From Candidatus Absconditicoccus praedator (GTDB lineage Bacteria; Patescibacteriota; Gracilibacteria; Absconditabacterales; Absconditicoccaceae), in contig NZ_CP054059.1 in assembly GCF_021057185.1 (NCBI RefSeq), forward strand, positions 630,001-662,000: a stretch of 32,000 nucleotides of DNA. The letters are read 5' to 3'. Shown in pieces: positions 23,011 through 31,216 of this stretch; within the stretch, counting starts at the first letter, position 1; each line of letters opens with the position of its first letter. The translations under genes and the position numbers were made by a program. The notes under the pieces are model-generated. The model did not search any database and was not told where the DNA came from. It was given only the letters and a program-made list of their open reading frames with translations.

Positions 23011-23699
23011 TTTTCAATAATTTCTTTGATTTTTTCTATAGCTTTTTCTTGATTGATAAAATATGGTGATGTGGCCACAGTTATCAGATCAAACTTTCAA
23101 ATCATATTTTTTACTATTTTGTCTTTGGTTTTTGTATTTTCCATTCCTTCCGCCCAGAAATCAATATCAATATCCAAAATCTTAGTATTTTCGTTTTTTG
23201 GTATTTTGAAGTTTTCTAGTGAGTATGCTGTTCTTATCTGATGAACTTCTCATACAAGACCAGTCTGCATAGCAGGCTTTATGAAGTTTCCAACATTAGT
23301 ATGATAATTTGTATATGTTCGTATATATTCTAAAATTTCTTCTTTTATAAATTTATCTGGAGTTCTCATATCGGTATGTTGATCTATATGTACAAGTAGA
23401 CTGTTTTTTTTAATGATGTTTTCAAAATAAGCCTTGTACCAGAAAAATAATGCATGATTGTGATTATCAAATATATAAATTTGTTTGTTTTTTAGTTTTA
23501 TGAAATTTTTGATTCATTTAAAACTTTTGATTTTTCAGTTTTCTTCTACTTCAAAGTGTATATGAGGAGAAATCTCTAATTGATCTAAATCTCCTTCAGT
23601 TAGTTGGGGTATATACAACTTGGGGTTGTTTCTTTTCTGATAAGAAAAAGAGTTGTTTCAGTAATCTCATTTGAGGTAAAAAGGTTTTTGATAATACAT
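23007..23699 (-). CDS. UPF0489 family protein, 230 aa
   Basis: IYIFDNHNHALFFWY, LLVHIDQHTDM, NVGNFIKPA, ILDIDIDFW, LITVATSPYFI match my recollection of the UPF0489 (C5orf22-like) signature. Confidence 0.6.
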
Positions 23700-23918
23700 G
23701 ATTTAGTTGATTTGAGTTTAGGTTTAAAAATTTTGATATATTATTTTTTGATATCTTGAATACTATTTATACAAATAAGTAGTGCTAGTATATCATTAAT
23801 AGTATTAAGACAATTTTTTTTTATATAACTCCAATATAGTATAATAAAAATGTTCAATCTTTACAAGTCTTTTCGTGAATGGTTAGTTGTAGACACCCTC
23901 CAAAAGATTGTAACAAAG

Positions 23919-25230
23919 TTGAAGAGGGTCACCCCAGTCTTGTCCGAAACATTGATTTTATTATAAAAAAAGCTATAAGTATAGCATTTAAAATAATAAA
24001 ATATATTTAAATATGGAAGGAATTAATGTAAAACAGATATTAGAAATAATACCTGATGAATTTATAGAAAAATTAGAAAAAAACTGTAATATAAATCATC
24101 AAGTTAAAAAAATGAGTTGAAAGGTAATGTTTAAACTGTTATTAATGTGAATATTAGATTGAGATAATTTAACACAAAGAACATTAGCATCAATATATAA
24201 CAGTCCTGAATTTACTCAATATGCAGATAAATGAGAACAACAAACAAGACATACAACTATAAGTGATAGACTTATAAACATGGATTATAAATTCTTTGAG
24301 AAATTGTTTGAAGAAATAAGTAAAAAGTTTGAAAAAGTATTAAAAATATGAGCAACAAAAATGAAGGTGGTGCTAAAGAGATTTGATTCTACATTAGTTT
24401 GAATATCAGAAAAACTACTTAAGTTTTGAATAAAAGCATGAAGTCCAGATGAAAGACATATAAAATTTACAGTCTGATTAAAGTGATTGTTGCCAAATAA
24501 AGTTTCAGTTTATGAAGAGCAAAAAGCAAGTAGTGAAGATGTAGCATTATGAGAAACTATTTTACAAGAGACAACATCTAAAAATCAAATATTATTATTT
24601 GATAGATGAGTTCAAAAAAGAGAAACTTATTCAAAGCTAATAGATAAAAATACAAATTTTGTAAGTAGATTAAGACAAAATACTAAGTATCAAGTTATAA
24701 GACAAAATAAAGAAGTAGAATGAATAAAAGTATGAAATTTAGTGTTAGAATGTGATGAAATAGTAAAATTATATTGAAAATGATGAGATATATTAGAAAA
24801 AGAATTAAGATTAATAAAAGCAATAAATCAAAAAAATGAAGTATTTTTATTTATAACAAATATGTATAATTTCACAGCAGAAGAAATAACAGAATTTTAT
24901 GCAAGGAGATGGGATATAGAAGTATTTTTTAGATTTATAAAACAAGAATTTTGATTTAGTCATTTTGTATCAAGATCAAAGAATTGAATAATGAATATGC
25001 TATATATGACACTAATAACATCAATACTTGTAATAGTATATAAATCAAAAAACAGTATAAAATCCTACAAAGAAGCTAAAAGAAGATTTATTGCTGAATT
25101 AGATGAATTAATTTTAATTGAGCTAGCAATAGCAATCTGAGGAGATGTTGATCTTCTTAAAAAGAAATATTTAAATTATTATAAATACTCTTAATAAGGT
25201 TTCGGACAAGACTGGGGTGACCCCCTTCAA
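23919..25230 (+). mobile_element. IS4-family insertion sequence (1312 bp)
   Basis: 32-bp terminal inverted repeats with one mismatch: TTGAAGAGGGTCACCCCAGTCTTGTCCGAAAC (23919-23950) and the reverse complement of 25199-25230. They flank one transposase ORF. The GC-rich ends stand out from the AT-rich background. Confidence 0.85.
24013..25194 (+). CDS. IS4-family DDE transposase, 393 aa
   Basis: KRFDSTLV, LLFDRGVQ (DRG with TGA Gly) and EITEFYARRWDIEVFFRFIKQEFGFSHF (the Y-x-x-R-W-x-I-E signature). Many in-frame TGA. Confidence 0.85.
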
Positions 25231-25353
25231 AAAATCCAAAATCTCACCAAAACATGAAATTAGTTTGTTCTTTTGAAATTTGCTTGGTTTTGTTTTTAAA
25301 TTGTTTTCATACTCTTTGTAATAACCAAAAGCCAAATCAAAATTTCTGTTCAT
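25231..25353 (-). pseudogene. Small ORF apparently interrupted by the IS4 insertion
   Basis: ATG 25353 gives MNRNFDLAFGYYKEYENNLKTKPSKFQKNKLISCFGEILDF, then runs straight into the IS right inverted repeat at 25230. The remaining residues of track ORF 25171..25353 are IS-encoded. Confidence 0.3.
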
Positions 25354-25373
25354 AAAAAAAAGGGATTATAATT

Positions 25374-27248
25374 TTAAACAGTTTTTAGCATTTCTTCCAG
25401 TCTTGCATCTGCAATAGATTCTTCTGAATTATTTTTTTGAAAATCAAATTCTTCTTTTCTATAAACTGAATCTACAAAATTGGAAAATTTATTTGCATCA
25501 AAACTTTCTCTTCCATCTTTGATAACTAGAAAGTTTTCTACAAATCACATATACTCACTACTATCATCTGGTTTTTGAAAAGCATCAAGCATGGATTTCA
25601 TATTTTCATCTGGTAAAGAGTCTTTTTCACCAAATCATGCCAAAGCATCAAAATTCATTCTTAATTGTTGTGCTTCATCAGGAGTTTGTCTATCCAAAGT
25701 ATTTTTCATAATATCTGCAAACCTAAACATTTCAGGATTTGATTCTTGGGTAAGTTTTTCTCCGTTTGCATAAGAGATAGCATCACTTGGTGGTTGATAA
25801 TGAGAAATTATTCAATTAGCTGAACTAATCTTTTGTACATTTGCATTTAGCATAGATTGAGAAAATTTATCTTGGTTCTCTTGTATAAAAGAATCAAACT
25901 TTTCTGATGTAGCAGATCTAGCATTTTCCAAAAGCTCATCCGGATTTGAACTATCAGTTGCTATTTCTCATACAAAATTGGAATCTATTTGATTTGTAAA
26001 ATCACTCAAAGACAAGACATTTATTCATTCTAGTTTTTCTTTGGATGCTTGTAATGCTCATTCTTGAGAAGATAAAAAATTTGTCACAAACAATTCTCAC
26101 TTGGAATTTACTTCCAATTCACCATTAGCATCTCAGATTTGAAACTCCATACTATAAGAACCATCTGAATGTATTTCTTGGTTTTGGACTTGCATCTGAT
26201 CAGCTGTGTTTTCAAAATCTTGAAAAACTGATAGTTTATCAGATAGATATTCTCAATATTTTGTAAGCATAGTATTATTTATCTCAAATTGGGTATCAGC
26301 AATAGCTTGGTCTGTATCATCAAACTTTTCAAAATCTTGTCTATTGATATCCAAAGAATTATTGGCTACAAACTCATCTGCTCATTCTGATTGATTGATG
26401 GATTTGTCCAAATTGCTAGCAGTAGCATTGTCCAAAAATCACAACTTGGATGATAATTCTTCATAAGATTGATTAAATTCAGCAGCTTGTCTTTGTAAGT
26501 TTGGATTTGAACTTCCAGCAATGATATAATGAGTAGCCATCACAGTAGCTACCTCATCTGAGTCAATTCATTGATTTTCAAGCTCTGCAATTCTTTGTTC
26601 TCACATAGACTCCAGAGCATTTTGTTTTTCTTCTTCAATATTTTCAAACTCATCAGGAAATTCTTGTTGAAGTTCTTTTGCCTTATCATGAGTTTCTTGT
26701 AACTTTTCTCTTGTTTCAATTAACTCTTTATTTTCTTCTTTTACTTCTTGTTGTTTTTCTTCTACTTCTTCTTTTTCTACTTCTACTTCTTCTTTTTCTT
26801 CTTCTACTTCTTCTTTTTCTTCTTCTACTTCTTGTTGTTCCATATTATTTAATTCTTTCAAAACAAAAGACCTTATATTTCATTCATTTTCTGAATTTAA
26901 TACTCAAAACATTCCTTCTATTGTCCTACCACCTGTTTCTTCTTCAAAATTGTTCAAAAATTGATTAATATATTCTGGCTGAGTATCCAATTCTGCAAAC
27001 CAACCAAGAAAAGTTTCTCCTTTTTCTCTGTCTATTTCCATTACTTCTTTGAAATTTTGTTGGAGTTCTACCTTTATCTGATCATCCATATTTTCGTGTC
27101 TTTGATCTATTTGTTCTACTAGATTATTTACTACTACAAAATCATTGGCTTGCTCTAGCTTTTCTTGTCATTCAATATCTTCTCTTTGGTCTTGTGATTC
27201 TCAAGATTCTATTTCTTCTACTCTAGGTCATACTTCTGGATTTTGCAT
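25374..27248 (-). CDS. Acidic coiled-coil protein 'X1', 624 aa, function unknown
   Basis: ATG 27248 to TAA 25374-25376, length divisible by 3. It incorporates track ORFs 26904..27089 and 26601..26861 joined through TGA codons. Contains an EEEKEEV heptad array. No TM and no family recognised. Confidence 0.75.
26741..26835. repeat. 21-bp periodic tandem repeat inside X1 (EEEKEEV heptads)
   Basis: About 4.5 imperfect units of ttcttctacttcttctttttc on the plus strand. Confidence 0.7.
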
Positions 27249-27258
27249 TTTTGTTTTT
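26977..27258. repeat. Dispersed/tandem duplication, copy 1 of X 5' region
   Basis: Near-identical by eye to 28163-28446 (scattered single-base differences). Confidence 0.85.
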
Positions 27259-27268
27259 ATTTAGAATT

Positions 27269-28033
27269 TTAATTAATTTTGCTTAAATAATATTCTCTAT
27301 CATTTTCAGAATAGTTATTCTCAATATATTCTATAATATCACTTTTATATATATCAATACTATTACTCCAAGAATCTATTTCTTCAGTTGAAAATACTCA
27401 TCTAGATTTAACAAAATCAAAATTTGCCTCATACCAATTTAGATTATCCCTTCTTACATTATATGCATCTATTGCTTCTTCAATATCAGCATTTCATTGC
27501 TGCCATTCCAGTAAAACATTAGTTGCTTCTTGTCATCTATTAAGTCTATCATTAAGCTCTTTAGAGATATTTAAATCCTCTTGTGCTTCTTGTGCTCTTT
27601 CTTGTGCTTCTTGTGCTCTTTCTTGTGCTTCTTGTGCTCTTTCTTGTGCTTGTTTTCTTTCTTCTCTTGTCTCTTGATAACTATCTCTTGCTTCTTTCCA
27701 ATCATCTTCTCACCTACTATCATCTTCAGCCGCTTTTTCAAAAGGATTTGCATGAGCTGGTGGTATCACAAAATCTACTCATTTTGCTAGCATAGATTTT
27801 ATTCATTCCGATATTCTATCTCATACTCATTGTCTTTCTACTTGCTCCAATACTTCTGATTCTGGTATTGATACAGCTTGTCAATTCTCCAAATTTTTTC
27901 AATCTCAAATCTGTATATTCAATGCCAAAAGTGCCGCTGCCGCACTTGTCAGTACTGTATTTCTTAGTCATTTGGATTCTTTTTCTTCTATTTTATCCCT
28001 TGTCTCAGGTGTTTGATTCATTTTTTCTGTCAT
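27269..28033 (-). CDS. Membrane-anchored coiled-coil protein 'A1', 254 aa, function unknown
   Basis: Has one N-terminal TM (LRNTVLTSAAAALLALNIQIG) and a conserved 95-aa N-terminal region. These are followed by a (QERAQEA)x3 heptad array and a W/Y/N-rich C-terminal domain. Lies 20 nt upstream of X1. Confidence 0.7.
27580..27660. repeat. 21-bp tandem repeat inside A1 (QERAQEA heptads)
   Basis: cttgtgcttcttgtgctcttt x3 perfect (27580-27642) plus a degenerate fourth unit. Confidence 0.9.
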
Positions 28034-28127
28034 GAGTATTTTGTGTTAGGAAATTAAAGTTAGTTTGATTATTAATCAAATTTATCATTATGTCAAGTAT
28101 ATTTGTTTTGGGTGGATTTGTCAAATT
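27750..28127. repeat. Duplication, copy 1 of A 5' half plus promoter
   Basis: Near-identical by eye to 28841-29217, with roughly 20-25 single-base differences over about 375 nt. Confidence 0.85.
28069..28124 (-). promoter_or_regulatory. Tandem sigma70-like promoters plus palindrome upstream of A1
   Basis: On the minus strand: TTGACA (28124-28119), 17 nt, TATACT (28101-28096); and TTGACA (28096-28091), 16 nt, TAATAA (28074-28069). The palindrome TTGATTA-T-TAATCAA (28065-28079) overlaps the proximal -10. Confidence 0.5.
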
Positions 28128-28434
28128 TTGAAAATAATATTTTGCTTGGACAAATCATTTTTGGCTGAATATCCAATTCTGCAAACCATCACAAAAACAT
28201 TTCTCATTTTTCTCTGTCTATATCCATTACTTCTTTGAAATTTTGTTGGAGTTCTGATTTTGTCTGACTATCCATATTTTCATGTCTTTGGTCTATTTGT
28301 TCTACTAGATTGTTTACTACTACAAAATCATTGGCTTGCTCTAGCTTTTCTTGTCATTCAATATCTTCTCTTTGGTCTTGTGATTCTCAAGATTCTATTT
28401 CTTCTACTCTAGGTCATACTTCTGGATTTTGCAT
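28072..28434 (-). pseudogene. Truncated paralog of X1 (first ~92 codons conserved, then reads into the A1 promoter)
   Basis: ATG 28434. About 280 nt are near-identical to 26977-27248, and homology ends at about 28163. The frame then runs through the promoter sequence to TAA 28072-28074. Confidence 0.6.
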
Positions 28435-28446
28435 TTTTGTTTTTGT
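28163..28446. repeat. Duplication, copy 2 of X 5' region
   Basis: Near-identical by eye to 26977-27258. Confidence 0.85.
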
Positions 28447-28461
28447 CTAAATTATATGAAA

Positions 28462-29124
28462 TTATATTGTTTGCCTTTGTTCTTCTATCCATTGTCTTTG
28501 CTCTTGTATCCAATCAAAATCAATTTCATCAGAGTATTCTTTATTCTCTTCAAACCATTGTAAATTATTCTCCATTGTATTTATTGCTTCAAAAGCTTCA
28601 GACCTTGATGCATTTCAATTTCTATATTGAGTTAGTATATTTACCATTTCATTATCTTCTTCTAATCTCTCTCACATTTCTCAAGTCATTTCTAATCCTT
28701 CTCTAGATTGTTCTAATTCTGATCTAGATTGTTCTAATTCTGATCTAGATTGTTCTAATTCTGATCTAGATTGTTCTAATTCTTGTTGAGATTCTTCATA
28801 CTGTTCTTTCATACTATCATCTTCTGCTATATCGTCCCATGCATGAGCTGGTGGTATTACAAAATTTACTCATTTTGCTAGCATAGATTTTATTCATTCT
28901 GAAATTCTATCTCATACTCATTTTCTTTCTACTTGCTCCAATACTTCTGATTCTGGTATTGATACAGTTTGTCAATTCTCCAAATTTTTTCAATCTCAAA
29001 TTTGTATATTCAATGCCAAAAGTGCCGCTGCCGCACTTGTCAGTACTGTATTTCTTAGTCATTTGGATTCTTTTTCTTCTATTTTATCCCTTGTCTCTGG
29101 TGTTTGATTCATTCTTTCTGCCAT
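28462..29124 (-). CDS. Membrane-anchored coiled-coil protein 'A2' (paralog of A1), 220 aa
   Basis: The N-terminal 95 aa are almost identical to A1. Next comes a (ELEQSRS)x4 heptad array and a diverged but alignable C-terminus (NILTQYRNGNA..EAINTMENNLQWFEEN against NVLLEWQQGNA..EAIDAYNVRRDNLNWYEAN). Confidence 0.7.
28702..28785. repeat. 21-bp tandem repeat inside A2 (ELEQSRS heptads)
   Basis: tctagattgttctaattctga x3 perfect (28702-28764) plus a fourth unit with changes at its end. Confidence 0.9.
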
Positions 29125-29217
29125 GAGTATTTTGGGTTATGAAATTAAAACTTACTTTGATTATTAATCAAATTTACCATTATGTCAAGTATAAATTTTT
29201 TGGGTGGATTTGTCAAA
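28841..29217. repeat. Duplication, copy 2 of A 5' half plus promoter
   Basis: Near-identical by eye to 27750-28127. Confidence 0.85.
29161..29216 (-). promoter_or_regulatory. Second copy of the tandem promoters plus palindrome, upstream of A2
   Basis: Minus-strand TTGACA boxes at 29216-29211 and 29188-29183, with TATACT (29193-29188) and TAATAA (29166-29161). The palindrome TTGATTATTAATCAA lies at 29157-29171. Confidence 0.5.
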
Positions 29218-29219
29218 TA

Positions 29220-30059
29220 TTACTTAGTTGCAATAAATAGTAAAGTATTTCATCTAGAAGCTAAATTTTCATCATATAAATTGCTATACTCTAAGTCTAA
29301 AATTTTATTAAAAGTATTTTTATCTTTTAAAATGTTATATTTTTGTTCATTTTGTCATTTTAGAAATGTTTCTTCCATTCAAGGATATATATAATTTAAT
29401 AGTCAATAAACTTTCACTTCTTTAAATCAATTATTCTTAAAAAGATTTCTTAATTCATCTGGGGTAAAGCAATGCATATAAGGCATTAAATCGTTAAATC
29501 TAATTTTATTATTATTTATACTATCTAATTCATTAATTCTATTCGTTAACAACGAAAAATAATAAGAATGATGTTTATTTCAAACTATTCAAATATATTT
29601 TCATCAATCATTTAATTTTTTATATACTTCTCATATAGCTGTATTATAATCATTTACAAAACTTAATACATTATAAAAAGAAATAGCAAAGTCATAATAA
29701 TTATTTATATAATCATCTAGATTTTCAATATTTCATACTGAACTTTTAAAATTGTTTTGAATTCTTAATTTTTTAATTTTATTATCTGCTTCATCAAGCA
29801 TTTCTTTTGTAATATCAATTAAATCGGCTTTTAATTCTACTTTATTTTTTAATATTTCATAAAAATTTAAAGCCCATCTTCAAGTTCAAGCTCACGCATC
29901 TAATAATTTTAGTTCATTTTTTTGATTTTCTTTTAATATATCTATTAAAAATTTTTTAGCTAATTCATCTGATAAAACCCAATATAATTGTTCATCGACT
30001 AGATCATATTCAGAAGCTTTTTTAGAAAAATAACTTGTTACATCATTATAATAACTCAT
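29220..30059 (-). CDS. Class I SAM-dependent methyltransferase, 279 aa (alternative start at 30104 gives 294 aa)
   Basis: MSYYNDVTSYFSKKASEYD; motif I LLDAGAGTG encoded GAT GCG TGA GCT TGA ACT TGA; LNDGGKYIGIV. Track ORF 29892..30104 is its N-terminus, cut at the first TGA. Confidence 0.8.
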
Positions 30060-30084
30060 AAAAAAATAATTAAAAAATAAAAAA

Positions 30085-31113
30085 CTATAAAACTCAGGAT
30101 TCATTAATAAAAACTTTTTGATTATCCATATCCAAAGTTGTTTCTGCTCACATTGGTATCACAAACATAGGATCTGTATGTCCAAAATCCATATTTGTAA
30201 TTATTGGTAAATTATCCAAACCAAATTCTCACTTCACTATTTTCAAAATAGATTCATTATAATTTTTTTCATCTTGGGCTCTTCATACAATTATTCAATT
30301 TATATTTTCCAAAATTCATTGCACTCACATAGTTCTCAAAATTCTTTCAAGATTGCCTTCAGATATATTTTCTTCAGAAGTTTCAAAAAACATTATTTTT
30401 CATTTCCATTCATCTGCAGTTGGCCAAAGTTCTGTTCACCACATAAAATAAAATACATCTATACATCATCACAATAATTCTCATTTAATAAGTCAATTTC
30501 ACTGCAAAAATCTCCATCATGTATTAGGATTTAATTTTCTTTTTATATTAAGATTTTCTGGATTTCACCAATCTAAAAATTCGTTAGTCCATCAATTAGT
30601 ATTTGGTTTGATTTCTCAAATTATGTTATTATTAAATAATGTTTTTTCTACGCTTTCTATCATGTATTCAAACATTCCTGCATTTTCTGCAAATCAAGCC
30701 ATGATTGCTGGTCAATAATAACTCCTCAATCATGCTTTGTAGCAAATAAAATGCGTGATAGTACTATCAGAATATCACATATAAATTTTTGGATTATTCC
30801 TAATAATATTAAAATCAATGTATGGTAATATTCTAATGCTGTCATCTCATCAAATACTTGAAAATATTGCATCAATACTTGAATCTAAAAATGCATTCAT
30901 CAAGTCTTCTGCTCTTTTTTTAGGATTATTATAAACAAATCAAGGATCTTTTATTGTATTTTCCATTTCAATTATTTCTACTCAAAAATGTTCTTTTAAT
31001 TGTTTGATTCAATTGTTATATCTATAAGGGAAAGTTCCAGGTCATCACCAAGAACTACTAACTACAGCTATTTTTGATCATTTTTTTAATTTTTTAGGGA
31101 TTTTAAAAATCAT
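30085..31113 (-). CDS. S66 family LD-carboxypeptidase (LdcA/MccF-like serine peptidase), 342 aa
   Basis: IAVVSSSWGG; AIFSSIGGDDSIRILPYID; nucleophile motif IYMGYSDSTITH; LLGGCIDV; MFFETSEE; NMDFGHTDPMFVIPMG (Ser-Glu-His triad context). Confidence 0.85.
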
Positions 31114-31216
31114 AATTAAGTAATTATTAATAAAATTATTCTAATATTTCATTTGAAATAAATTCTTTCAAAATATGAGTTTTTTCACTATTATTAAATT
31201 AAAAAATAAAATTTAA

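Noticed and set aside
23860-23950. Locally GC-richer segment that might have been a tRNA or other structured RNA
   Set aside because: Its 3' part (23919-23950) is the IS4 left inverted repeat, with a near-perfect inverted copy at 25199-25230. No cloverleaf with acceptor and T-arm features could be drawn for the rest.
28702-28785. Possible CRISPR array (perfect short direct repeats); the same question arises at 27580-27660
   Set aside because: The units are contiguous with no spacers and have a 21-bp period. They lie in frame inside CDSs and encode heptads. No cas genes are present.
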